Notes under the pieces: generated by a model | Databases searched by the model: none | Told to the model about the DNA's origin: nothing | The model's input: only the letters and a program-made list of their open reading frames with translations | Part shown: positions 29,815-39,404 of the stretch, one piece after another | Position numbering within the stretch: position 1 is the first letter of the stretch | Layout of the letters: each line of letters opens with the position of its first letter | Translations under genes and position numbers: made by a program | Assembly (NCBI GenBank): GCA_963719225.1 | Contig: CAVRAY010000001.1 | Span: forward strand, 640,001-704,000 | DNA length: 64,000 bases | Source: Thermoanaerobaculia bacterium | GTDB lineage: Bacteria; Acidobacteriota; Thermoanaerobaculia; UBA5066 | Direction of reading: 5' to 3'

Positions 29815-31230
29815 TCACGCGCGCGACGGTGCCGCGGGCTCCGGCTCGACTGCGTCCCGGGCGTCCCGCGCGTCGCGCGGGAGCATGCCGTGGCGCTTCA
29901 GCATCTCGTTCAGCGTCGTCGGCTTGAGGCCGAGAAGCTCGGCCGCGCGCTTCTGAACGCCCGACGCACGCTGAAGGGCCGCCGAAAGGAGCGCGCGCTC
30001 GTAGGCCGCGACGGCGTCCTTGAACGAGAGGCCCTCGGCGGGCAGCGACGCCGCGCGCGGCACCGACCGACGCACGGTATCCGGAAGCTGGTCGAGGTCG
30101 ATGACCCCGTGGCCGAGGACGAGGGCGCGCTCGAGGACGTTCTCGAGCTCGCGCACGTTGCCGGGCCAGTCGTGATCGAGGAGCGCCTTCATCGTGGCGG
30201 GCGTGACGGAAGGAACGGCTCGGCCGTTCTCGGCCGCGGCTCGCGCGAGAAGCGTTTCCACGAGAAGCGGAACGTCCTCGCGGCGCTCGCGCAGCGGGGG
30301 AAGAGGAATCGTGATGACGCAGAGGCGGTAGAAGAGATCCTCGCGGAAGCGGCCCTCGGCCACGAGCCGGGCGAGATCGGCGTTCGTGGCCGCGATGACC
30401 CGCACGTCCGCGTGCTGCGGCTCGACCGCGCCCACCGGCAGGAACTCGCGCTCCTGCAAGACACGCAGGAGCTTCGCCTGCGTCTCGATCGGGACCGTGC
30501 CGATCTCGTCGAAGAAGATCGTCCCCTGGTCGGCGGCCTTGAAGAGGCCCTTCTTGTCGGCGACGGCGCCGGTGAACGAGCCACGCACGTGCCCGAAGAG
30601 GTTCGATTCGAGAAGGTCGGGCGGGAGAGCTCCGGAATGCACGGTGACGAACGGGCCCGCCGCCCGCGGTGAGAGCCGGTGAAGCGCCTTTGCGACGAGC
30701 TCCTTGCCGGTTCCGCTCTCGCCGGTGATGAGGACCGTCGAGCGCGCGGCGGCCGCCTGGCGGATCGTCTCGAAGACGCGCTCCATCGAGGCGGAGCGCC
30801 CGATGATCTCCTTGAGGCCGGGCGGAGTCTCGAGGCGCGCCTTCAGGGCGCGGTTCTCGGCCACGAGCCGGCGTTTTTCGAGAGCCTGCTTGACGACGTG
30901 AACGACCTCTTCGTTCCGGAACGGCTTGGGCAGGTAGTGGAACGCGCCCTCGCGCATGGCGGAGATCGCGCTCTCCACCGACGAGTACGCGGTCACGACG
31001 ACGACCGGCACTTCGGGATGCCGCATCTTCACTTCCGCGAGGACCTCGAGGCCCGGGCGGTCGGGGAGCATGAGGTCGAGGAGCAGGAGGTCGACGGGCT
31101 CTTTCGCGAGTCGTTCGAGCCCTTCGGCCGCCGTCGCGGCTTCGCGCGTCACGAACCCTGCCTTCGCGAGGACGGAACCGAGGACGTCGCGGATGACGGG
31201 CTCGTCGTCGAGGATGAGGACGGTGGACAT
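29815..31230 (-). CDS. Sigma54-dependent response regulator (NtrC/AtoC family)
   Basis: REC domain; GESGTGKE, GSFTGA, FFDEI, DLFYRL, WPGNVRELEN; C-terminal HTH. Confidence 0.95.
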   Translation of the reverse strand: MSTVLILDDEPVIRDVLGSVLAKAGFVTREAATAAEGLERLAKEPVDLLLLDLMLPDRPGLEVLAEVKMRHPEVPVVVVTAYSSVESAISAMREGAFHYLPKPFRNEEVVHVVKQALEKRRLVAENRALKARLETPPGLKEIIGRSASMERVFETIRQAAAARSTVLITGESGTGKELVAKALHRLSPRAAGPFVTVHSGALPPDLLESNLFGHVRGSFTGAVADKKGLFKAADQGTIFFDEIGTVPIETQAKLLRVLQEREFLPVGAVEPQHADVRVIAATNADLARLVAEGRFREDLFYRLCVITIPLPPLRERREDVPLLVETLLARAAAENGRAVPSVTPATMKALLDHDWPGNVRELENVLERALVLGHGVIDLDQLPDTVRRSVPRAASLPAEGLSFKDAVAAYERALLSAALQRASGVQKRAAELLGLKPTTLNEMLKRHGMLPRDARDARDAVEPEPAAPSRA

Positions 31231-31233
31231 TTT

Positions 31234-33967
31234 TCAGGTCGCTGCGGGCAGGGATACGGTGAATCGGGCGCCACGCTCTCCCGCGGACGTCACCGTCAGC
31301 GTCCCGCCGTGCGCCTGGATGATATCCCGCGCGATGGCGAGCCCGAGACCCGTCCCTCCCTTTGCGGTCTTCGTGGAATAGAACGGCTCGAACACGCGAG
31401 CCGCTTCGGCGTCTGACAGGCCGGGGCCGTTGTCCTCGACCGAGAAGAGAACGTGGCCGTCGTCCGCGGCGACCCGCAGGCGGACCGCGGGCGGCGGATC
31501 GCCTTCCGCGCGCGGCGACGTGACGGCTTCGAGCCCGTTCTTGGCGAGATTCACGAGCACCTGGACGAGGGCGTCGCGATGCCCCGAGACCTCCGGGAGG
31601 CCCGGCGCCGCCTCGACGTCGAGGGACGCCCGTCGCGCCGCGGTTTCGTCGGCGAGCGCCCAGCCGGCCTCTTCCGCGAGGGCGGCGGGATCGAGGCGCA
31701 CGAACTCGCGCGGCTTCCCGCGCGCGAGATCGAGGAGGCTGCCGACGAGGCGCGAGGCGCGGAACGCCTGACGCTCGATCTTCTCGACGAGAGTTCGGCG
31801 GGGATCGTCGCTCGGCGTCTCGTCGAGAAGGAGGCGCGCAAACCCCGCGACGCCCGCGAGCGGCGTATTGACCTCGTGCGCGACGCCGGCCGACAGCGTT
31901 CCGAGAGCCGCGAGGCGCTCCCGGTCAGCGAGCGCGCGTTCGAGGCGCGCGGTCTCGGTGGCGTCGTAGAGGACGAGGACGCGGGCGCGGGACCCCGGCA
32001 AGGCGCCGGGGAAAGGCGAGACGGCAACGTTGAGGACCCGGGGCCCCGAGCCGAGGTCCGCCTCAAGGCGGGCGGGCGGCGTCGGCGAAACGAGCTCTCC
32101 CGGCAGCACGTCCGCCGCCGGGACGCCGACGAGCGACGTGGCGCCACGCCCGAGAAGCGCCTCGAACGCCGGATTGACCGACGTGAAGCGGCCCGCATCG
32201 TCCGTCGCCGCGATCGCCGCCGCGGAGCCCGCGACGACGTTCTCGTGGAACCGCTGGAGCGTCCGGTACCGGTCGGCCTCGACGCGCAGCTCGTCGAAGA
32301 GGCGCGCGTGGTCCAGCGCGAGGGCCGCCGGTGCGAGGACGGTTTCGAGAAGCTCCGTGTCTTCCGCCGAGAGAGGCACGCGTCCCGCGCGGTCGCCGAC
32401 CGCGAAAAGGGCGAGAAGCCGCCCGGAAACCGTCAGCGGGGCGAGCGTGCGGAAGCCCGCACGCCTGAGGCGCGAGACCGCCGCCGTCGGGCGTGAGGCG
32501 AAATCCTCCCGCGAGAGGCGCGTCGTCCCGACGCGGGCCCGTGCGGGAAGCTCCGCGAGAAGCAGAGGCGGGCCTCCGTCGACGTCCCTTGCGACGAGCG
32601 CGTCCTCCTCGACGGGGAGGAGGGCCGCCCGCGAGACGCCGAGGCCTCGCGAAATGCGATCCGCGAGGAGCTCCGAAAGGTCCCTGAGCGCGCGCGGTGC
32701 CGGCAGCTCCCGGACGAGCGCGAGAAGGCCCTCGCGCTCCCGCCATGCCTCGCGGTACTGGAGGCGCGAGAAGGCCGTGGACAGGCCCCGGCGCACGGGA
32801 GAGAAGCTCAGCGCCATCAGAAGACCCGCGGAAATCTGCAGCGCCGCCCTCGCGTGCGGGATGCCCACGGCGACGGGGTGCGCGAGCACGAGCAGCGCGA
32901 GCGTGAAAAAGCTCGCTCCCACGAGAAGGGCGCCGAGCACGGACGCCGTCTGTCTGCCGAGAACCTCGACGTCCCAGAGGCGGTAGCGCGTGAGGGACGC
33001 GAGGAAGGCGGCGGGAACGAGCGCGAGCGGAAGAACCGAGAGCGACGAGAGGATCGGGATCGAGCCGCCGAGAAGCCGGGGCACCAGGTTCAGCAGAACC
33101 AGCGGAAGCATGCCGACGGCCGTGCCGAGGAGGAGGAAACGGACCTGCTTTTCCGTCAGGAGATCCGTCGGCCGCCGCGCGAGAACCACGAGGCGCACGG
33201 CCGCCAGAGCGGCAGCGGACGCCATCCAGGCGATCTGCGCGCGGTCGAGGGCGCTCACCGCTTCCGACGCGTCCCGGCCCGCCTTTCCGAAATACACGGC
33301 GGCCGTCGCGGCACCGAGCAGCGCGGCAGGCACGAACGGAAGCCACGCGGGCGCGCGGCGCATGCGCCTCGGGAACGTGAAGACGAGCGAGAGAAGGAGG
33401 GCGGGGAAGAGGGCACGCGCCGCGTCCTCGAGCAGGACCGCCGCACGGAACAGATCGTCGACCGGTGGAATCGGAGTGAGCGTGAGAACGAGCGCGACCG
33501 AGAGCGCGAAGCCCGCGAAGACGAGCGATTCCCGCGAGGGAGGGGAGGGCCGGACCGCCGCGAACCCCGCGGCCAGGAAAGCGAGGCCCACGGCGAACAG
33601 AAAGAGGTAGCGCCAGTCCCAGGACGAAACCGGGACGTTCCGGAAGGTCTGGAGCGTGTCACCCCGCAGGACGGTGAGCTCGGCGGAACGCTCGGCGAGC
33701 CAGCGGGAAGGATCGCCCGATTGCCGCGCCTCCTGGCCGTCGACGAGGAGCATGAGGTCGCCTGCCTTCAGCCCCGAGGGAACGGCGGACTCCCCGACGC
33801 GACGCACGCGCAGGCCCTCCGGCTCGGGCGAGACCAGGACGTCCGCCCGGCCGAACGCCGAGACCTTACGCGCGAGGCAAAGCGCGGAAGGCACGAGTGC
33901 CAGCGCGAGAGCAGGACAGCACGAGCCATCGCGCTATGGCGCGCAACCAGGACGACCGGGACTCCAT
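31234..33967 (-). CDS. Multi-TM sensor histidine kinase (PDZ-like, TM bundle, GAF, PAS, HisKA, HATPase); probable frameshift near 33915
   Basis: AHEVNTPL, QVLVNL, DNGPG, FEPFYSTK, GTGLGL; open frame from 33894; upstream ATG 33967 (MESRSSWLRAIARWLV) is in another frame. Confidence 0.85.
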
Positions 33968-33979
33968 GTCGAGGGTTGC

Positions 33980-33995
33980 AGCAAGGTAGATGCCA
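33980..33995 (-). promoter_or_regulatory. Sigma54 (-24/-12) promoter for the HK-RR operon
   Basis: Minus strand TGGCATCTACCTTGCT = TGGCAY-N5-TTGCW with exact GG-N10-GC spacing; IHF-like CATCAGCTAGTTA at 34020-34032. Confidence 0.75.
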
Positions 33996-34138
33996 GTAAT
34001 CCGATTCCTTGAATCAGCTTAACTAGCTGATGAAATGTGACTTGCATGTGGCGAACAGAACCCGATCCAAAATTTCTCACAAAATCTTGAAGTTGCCCCC
34101 GGGTATTTGGAGTGAGGGAGATCGTCGAAAAGGAGAGC

Positions 34139-36070
34139 TTAGAAAGAGACCGCGAAGCCGCCCGCCAGCCTGCGATTCTGCTTCTCGTCGTCCTCGCCCT
34201 CACGCCGCTTGCCGAATTCCATGGAGAAGAGAGCCCGGAGGTCCGAGCCGATCGACCGGAGTGCGGCGAGCGGGATCGACTGTCCGAGGGTGAGATCCAC
34301 CGATTCCACGTCGTTGTGCAGGATCGCCGAGCCCCGCGTGAGCGACTGCGTCACGACGCGGTAGCCCATGCCCAGGGACGTGTCCGTCGCGCGGACGCGG
34401 ATCGCGGCCTGAGCGACGCCCCACGTCGCCTCGTCGGACTGGACGACGCCGTCGCGCTGTCCCGAGAGCTTTCCCGCGCGGAGGGAAATGCGCCCGTCGA
34501 GCGCCTTGCCGAGGCGCGCGGCCGCTCCGAACGAGATGTCCGTCGCGATGTCGCTCGGGAAGAAATAGAGCGAGTCGAGGCGGTCGAGGAAGTCCGGATC
34601 GAAGAGCAGCCGATACGTGCCCGTCAGCTCCCGACGCGAGGCCTCGAGGGAGACGTTCTCGCCGTCGCCGCTCTGCCACCTCAGGCCGGCCTTGTAAAGA
34701 GCCCGCGAACGTCGGGTGAGATCGGCCTCGTCCGTACCGGCCTCGCCGGGCAAGGGCATCTCGCCCTCGAGACGCCGCTCGAAACGGCGCGCGGCGAATC
34801 CGTAGACCTTCCAGCCGTCCTTCGTCGCGATCGCGAGCGTGAGCTCCGGCGTGACCCCGCGCGAGCGGTCGGACACGTCGCCCGTACCGCCGGCCTCGAT
34901 CACGAAGACGTCGAGCAGGCGGACGCCCGCGACCGCACCGACCCGGGTCTCCCTGTCGAAGGGGGACGTCTGGCCGGCGAACTCGTTCGTCGCGCTCCGG
35001 TAGGCGACGGAGAGGCGGGCGAACGTCGAGGTGGAGAGCTCGGTCTGGTAGCGTGCCGCGACGTCGACGGCATTCGACTCGCGGGCGAAAAGATCCGCCG
35101 CCGGTCCGGCCGAAAGGAGCCGGGACTGCGAGATGAGGCGTGCGGAAACCGACGCTTGCGAGCGCTCCGAGACGGCGCCCTTCCAATCGAGGGAATGCGC
35201 GGCGAAGCGCGCTCCGTCGGCTTCGTCCGCCACGATCTGCTGGCGCGTCGAGAGGTGGATCGCCTGGCCCGAGCCGTTCGGGCCGGAGGCCAGATCCAGC
35301 ATGACGTGCGAGGCATCGCCGCCTTTCTCGCCTGACATCGCCGCGAGCCGCGCGTAAGCGCCCGAAGCCCCCCAGTGCAGCTTCTCTCCCGCGGTACCGC
35401 TCACGTCGAGCGAGGCACGCGACAGCGAGGCCCCGCCCGCCGCACCGAAGCCCGCCGTGGATGCGACCGACGCGCGGACGGGAAGTGCGGATCCGTGTCC
35501 TTCACGGCTCGCGATCGAAAGGGGAAGCGCGGCGCGCTCAGGTCCTTCCTCGAGAGCGGCCAGTACCGCCGGCACGTCGCGCAGCACGTCGCCGGGCGCT
35601 ACGGCCCGTGCGATCCACACGTCTAGGGTTCCACTGGTTCCACCCGCGCCGCCCGTGGCCTCGGGAAGGATTCCCGCCGGGGGCTCGAGATCGAGCCGCA
35701 CGAAAGAGAGCGATCCGTCCGGGGCCGCACGATGTAGGAGGCGGGCGAGCGCGGGCCGGAAGCCCGGCACGACGGAAAGCACGGTGTAGAGCCCCTCGGC
35801 CGCGTCGCCGAGGACGAACGTCCCGTCCGCATCGCTCTTGAGGAGCTTGACGACGTTCGCTCCGGCCGCCGTCACCCCGCGTACGACGAGAGCCGCGCCC
35901 GGGACCGGCACGCCGCCGGCGCGCACGATGCCCGAGAGTGGAGCCGAGAGTGAAGCTGAAAGCGGTGCCCGGCGCGCCTCGGCCTCCCCGGCGGCCGCGG
36001 GGCGCGCGAGGGACGCTGCGGCGGCCACTCCTGCAAGCAGGAGTCGTGTCGAGCGGCTCGAAAGGGTCAC
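34139..36070 (-). CDS. Secreted protein: carboxypeptidase-regulatory-like N-domain plus probable outer-membrane beta-barrel
   Basis: Signal peptide; SDADGTFVL..GLYTV; alternating beta-strand pattern; terminal aromatic (GFAVSF). Confidence 0.7.
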   Translation of the reverse strand: MTLSSRSTRLLLAGVAAAASLARPAAAGEAEARRAPLSASLSAPLSGIVRAGGVPVPGAALVVRGVTAAGANVVKLLKSDADGTFVLGDAAEGLYTVLSVVPGFRPALARLLHRAAPDGSLSFVRLDLEPPAGILPEATGGAGGTSGTLDVWIARAVAPGDVLRDVPAVLAALEEGPERAALPLSIASREGHGSALPVRASVASTAGFGAAGGASLSRASLDVSGTAGEKLHWGASGAYARLAAMSGEKGGDASHVMLDLASGPNGSGQAIHLSTRQQIVADEADGARFAAHSLDWKGAVSERSQASVSARLISQSRLLSAGPAADLFARESNAVDVAARYQTELSTSTFARLSVAYRSATNEFAGQTSPFDRETRVGAVAGVRLLDVFVIEAGGTGDVSDRSRGVTPELTLAIATKDGWKVYGFAARRFERRLEGEMPLPGEAGTDEADLTRRSRALYKAGLRWQSGDGENVSLEASRRELTGTYRLLFDPDFLDRLDSLYFFPSDIATDISFGAAARLGKALDGRISLRAGKLSGQRDGVVQSDEATWGVAQAAIRVRATDTSLGMGYRVVTQSLTRGSAILHNDVESVDLTLGQSIPLAALRSIGSDLRALFSMEFGKRREGEDDEKQNRRLAGGFAVSF

Positions 36071-36143
36071 GGACCCCCCTTGAAACCTATCATCCGCCCG
36101 CTTTCGTCGCCGCGTCAACCGGAGTTTGAAGAGAGTCGCAGAT

Positions 36144-37055
36144 TCAGGCGGCCGGCCCCAGGCCGAGCGTCGCGCGGATCACGTGCCTCGCGATGGACGG
36201 ATTCTCCTTGAGACGACGCGTGGAATAGGCGTACCAGTCCCCGCCGAAAGGAACGTAGACGCGCAGCCGATGGCCGGCATCGAGGAGGCTCCGCCTCAGA
36301 ACGGGGTCGACGCCGAGGAGCATCTGGAACTCGTAGCGGTCGGGCGCGAGCGAAAGGCGATCGATCGTGGCCAGCGCGCGCTGGACGCAGGCCTCGTCAT
36401 GCGTCGCGATCGCGGCGTAACAACCCGCGGAGAGGTGCTTGTCGACGAGTGCGGAGAAGCTGTCGATGATCGTCGCGCGGTCCTTCCAGGCGATCGCGCG
36501 GGACTCCACGTAGATACCCTTGCAGAATCTGACGTTCATGCGGGCCTGGACGAGCCGATCGAGATCCTTGAGGCTGCGTTTGAGATACGCCTGGATCGCG
36601 ACGCCCACGGAGGGAAACTTCGCCTTGAGCTCGAGCGCGAGCCGGAGCGTCGACTCGGTGTAGGGGCTGTCCTCCATGTCGAGGCGGACGAACATCCCGT
36701 GCGCGGCGGCGCGCGTGCAGATCTCCGTGCAGTTCTCGAGGGCGAGCGCCGGGTCGATCGCGAGGCCCACGGCGGTGGCCTTCACCGAGACGTTCGCGTC
36801 GAGCCCGCTCGCGGCGATCGCGTGGATGACGCGCACGTACTGGTCCCGCGTCGCCTCCGTCTGCTCCCGCCGGGTCACGCTTTCGCCCAGGACGTCGAGA
36901 GTCGCCATCGCGCCTTCCGCCACGAGCGCGCGAACGGTGGCGAGGGCGTCGTCGAGCGTCTCGCCGGCCACGTAACGCGAGGCGACGCGCTTGACGAGCG
37001 AGCGCGGCACGAGCGGCAGCGTGCCGACGACGAGCCGGTCGAACAGGGGCGTCAT
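36144..37055 (-). CDS. Monofunctional proline dehydrogenase
   Basis: RYVAGE, DVLGE, RLDMEDS, IQAYL, KGIY, ATHD, EFQMLLG, RVYVPFG. Confidence 0.92.
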   Translation of the reverse strand: MTPLFDRLVVGTLPLVPRSLVKRVASRYVAGETLDDALATVRALVAEGAMATLDVLGESVTRREQTEATRDQYVRVIHAIAASGLDANVSVKATAVGLAIDPALALENCTEICTRAAAHGMFVRLDMEDSPYTESTLRLALELKAKFPSVGVAIQAYLKRSLKDLDRLVQARMNVRFCKGIYVESRAIAWKDRATIIDSFSALVDKHLSAGCYAAIATHDEACVQRALATIDRLSLAPDRYEFQMLLGVDPVLRRSLLDAGHRLRVYVPFGGDWYAYSTRRLKENPSIARHVIRATLGLGPAA

Positions 37056-37798
37056 GCGCCCTCCGGCGTTCGGGCGAGCACGAGCGCACGCACGTCCGCC
37101 GCTCCCGCAGCACGCAGGGCGTCGGCCGCGGCGAAAAGAGTCGCACCCGTCGTGACGACGTCGTCGACGAGAACGAGAACGCGGCCGCCCGCCCGCGAAG
37201 ACGCGGCAAATGCCCCCCGGACGTTCGCGCGCCGGCCCGCCGCGGGAAGCGAGGTCTGCGGCGGAGCGTCGCGTTTGCGCGAGAGAAGAGTCTGGTGCGG
37301 CGTGCCGAGCCGGCGGCTCGTTTCTTCGGCGAGAAGCATGGCGGGATCGTACCCGCGATCGCGATTCCGCTTCGCCGTGGACGGCACGCTCACGAGCGCG
37401 TGAGCCTCTGCCGCGATTCCACTCGCGCGCGCGAGGTCCGCGAGCCGCCTGCCGAGAGGCGCGGCGAGGAGGTCCCAGCCCTTGAACTTGAACGCGTGGT
37501 GGAGCGTGCGGAGACCCCCCGCGTAGAGTCCGAAGGCCGCGGTGCGCGTCACCGCGGGGGACGCGACACGACAGCCCGGACAGATCGAGCCGTCCCCCGG
37601 CAGGGCACAGCGGGGGCACGCGGCGGCGGAGTCGAGGACGGGGAGTGAAGCCCAGCAGGCCGGGCACACGCCGCCGCCCCCGAGATCCGCACGCGGGAAG
37701 TCACAGACGCCGCAGCGCGAGGGGACGAGGAGGTCGAGGAATGGAGCGAAAAACGCAGGCCGACCCGGCGCGTGTGTCGCTGTCTGGGCCCCCGGCAC
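37052..37798 (-). CDS. comF: ComF family double zinc-ribbon phosphoribosyltransferase
   Basis: Four CxxC motifs; RGYD; LVDDVVTTGAT; TAGAAT 8 nt upstream of GTG. Confidence 0.88.
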   Translation of the reverse strand: MPGAQTATHAPGRPAFFAPFLDLLVPSRCGVCDFPRADLGGGGVCPACWASLPVLDSAAACPRCALPGDGSICPGCRVASPAVTRTAAFGLYAGGLRTLHHAFKFKGWDLLAAPLGRRLADLARASGIAAEAHALVSVPSTAKRNRDRGYDPAMLLAEETSRRLGTPHQTLLSRKRDAPPQTSLPAAGRRANVRGAFAASSRAGGRVLVLVDDVVTTGATLFAAADALRAAGAADVRALVLARTPEGA

Positions 37799-37889
37799 GA
37801 TCCGCGATTCTAGACGAGTGGAAGCCGGCCTCCGTATCCGCAGCATGCATCTGTCTCGCCGCCTTCGCCGTGACGTATCCTCGTTCGCC

Positions 37890-38480
37890 ATGGCACGTCG
37901 ATTCGCCGCCGTCGGCGCATTCGCCCTACTCTTTTTTCTGTGCTCCTCCGTCCGCGCCCAGACGACGCGGCTCCAGGAGTTTCCGTTCGCCGTCGGCGCC
38001 GGCGGGTCTTTCCTGAACGAGACGGGCCGATCCGATGACGTGAAGGCTTTTTCGACCGGTGGCTTCCATGCCTTCCTCGAGCTCAATCTCGACCCCGGCA
38101 TCCTCCTTCAGGCGCGCTACGAGAGGTTCCAGCTGCCGGGCAGCGCCTCGAGCGCCCCCTTCCAACCGGCGGTCGCCGCTCCCCGCATCGACGTCGACGC
38201 GGGCAACGTGACCGTCGCCTACGTCTTCCGCGAGACCTGGTGGGAAGCGGGCCTGTTTGCCGGAGTGGGCCTCTACGGGCTTGCGCCGCAGGCGCCCGAG
38301 GCGGGCCAGACGCCGGTCGACGTCCGTGAAACCGTGTTCGGCTGGAACGGCGGAACGCTCCTCGTCTTCCAGGTCGCACGGCGCTGGGACTTGCGTCTCG
38401 AGGCCGCCGGCTACCTCCTGCGGAATGACGCCTCGCTCAAGCTGGTCCGCCTCGGCGGTTCCCTGGCGTACCACTTCTAG
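37890..38480 (+). CDS. Small outer-membrane beta-barrel protein
   Basis: Signal peptide; amphipathic strands; ends GGSLAYHF. Confidence 0.75.
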   Translation: MARRFAAVGAFALLFFLCSSVRAQTTRLQEFPFAVGAGGSFLNETGRSDDVKAFSTGGFHAFLELNLDPGILLQARYERFQLPGSASSAPFQPAVAAPRIDVDAGNVTVAYVFRETWWEAGLFAGVGLYGLAPQAPEAGQTPVDVRETVFGWNGGTLLVFQVARRWDLRLEAAGYLLRNDASLKLVRLGGSLAYHF

Positions 38481-38484
38481 TAAT

Positions 38485-38697
38485 CCCGATCACGTCTCGA
38501 GGCCCCAAACGGTGGGCTCCCACCCGACCTTTCGGTCGGGCGGGGATTGCGGCGGTGGGATTGACTAACTGAGGTTCTTGTTGGAGGGAAGAAACTGGAG
38601 GGCCCGTCTGCCGAGTGGCCGGCGGGACAGGGGGGTGGAAATGAAGATCGTCGTATCCATTTTGATATTTGTCGAAATGTCCGTTTCGATCTCCTGC
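38485..38697 (-). ncRNA. Putative sigma54-dependent small RNA (alternatively a 31-aa ORF at 38565-38660)
   Basis: Downstream of a sigma54 promoter with no normal CDS; two CCCTCCA anti-SD-like motifs; GAAA-tetraloop hairpin at 38519-38544. Confidence 0.4.
38519..38544. terminator. GC-rich hairpin CCCGCCCGACC-GAAA-GGTCGGGTGGG (minus-strand reading)
   Basis: 11-bp stem with GNRA loop between convergent transcription units; no clear U-tract. Confidence 0.5.
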
Positions 38698-38706
38698 CCT
38701 CATATA

Positions 38707-38857
38707 CGCAAGAGAGATGCCTCGAGTTTCTCCAGCTCCTGAAAAACCTCAACTGACTGAAAACAGCTCATTTATAGGGAATCGCCGTCCCGTTTCCACG
38801 GGAGAAATAAATGCGCGAGAGATCGAAAACGGACACTGTCGATGCGAAAACGACACT
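38707..38857 (-). promoter_or_regulatory. Sigma54 promoter with IHF-like site and upstream enhancer repeats
   Basis: AGGCATCTCTCTTGCG (38722-38707, GG-N10-GC); TTTCAGTCAGTTG (38762-38750); TGTCG-N9-CGACA at 38837-38855 and repeated CGAAAAC(G)GACACT. Confidence 0.65.
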
Positions 38858-38869
38858 CTCGCCGTTTGC

Positions 38870-39328
38870 TCAGGCACCTTCCATGAGCGGGAGCAGGGTC
38901 GAATCCTTCTTGACGGAAAGCGAGAGCTCGACTCGGGTTCTCACGACACCCCGGAGCGTCTGAACTTTCTGTCTCAGGATGGCTTCCAGATGCTCCACGT
39001 CGCGGGCGCGGATCTTCAGCCGGTAGCCGAATTCGCCCGAGATGGCGTAGCACTCCTGGACGTCGAGCAGAGCCTCGATCTCTTCGAGAAACGGACGCTC
39101 GAAACGCGGGTGCTCGAGCAGCACGTCCACGTGGGCCACGAGCGGCATCCCGACGAGGCGAGGATCGAGAAGGGCCGTGAAGCGCTGGATGAATCCCCGC
39201 GTTTCGAGCTTCTTGATCCGCTCGTTGACCGAGGGCGTCGTAAGCCCGACGGTTTCCGCGATTCTCGCCTGCGAGATCTTCGCGTCCCGCTGGAGAATAT
39301 CGAGGATCCGGCGATCGATGTCGTCCAT
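38870..39328 (-). CDS. Lrp/AsnC family transcriptional regulator
   Basis: MDDIDRRILDILQRDAKIS..IAETVGLT..VNERIKKLE; ECYAISGE. Confidence 0.93.
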   Translation of the reverse strand: MDDIDRRILDILQRDAKISQARIAETVGLTTPSVNERIKKLETRGFIQRFTALLDPRLVGMPLVAHVDVLLEHPRFERPFLEEIEALLDVQECYAISGEFGYRLKIRARDVEHLEAILRQKVQTLRGVVRTRVELSLSVKKDSTLLPLMEGA

Positions 39329-39368
39329 ATAAAATTCGGCCTGAGGGTTCGAAACCCGAACTTTATAT
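39327..39368. promoter_or_regulatory. AT-rich inverted repeat upstream of Lrp gene (candidate operator)
   Basis: ATATAAAATTCGG-N16-CCGAACTTTATAT, 12 of 13 positions complementary. Confidence 0.55.
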
Positions 39369-39404
39369 GGTCGCGAGGGCCGAAGCAACCGGCCGGGGGC
39401 CCAA

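Noticed and set aside
38485-38860. Known structural RNAs (tRNA, SRP, 6S, tmRNA, RNase P) in the low-GC intergenic region
   Set aside because: No cloverleaf, SRP loop or other diagnostic motif recognisable by eye; kept only as a novel sRNA candidate
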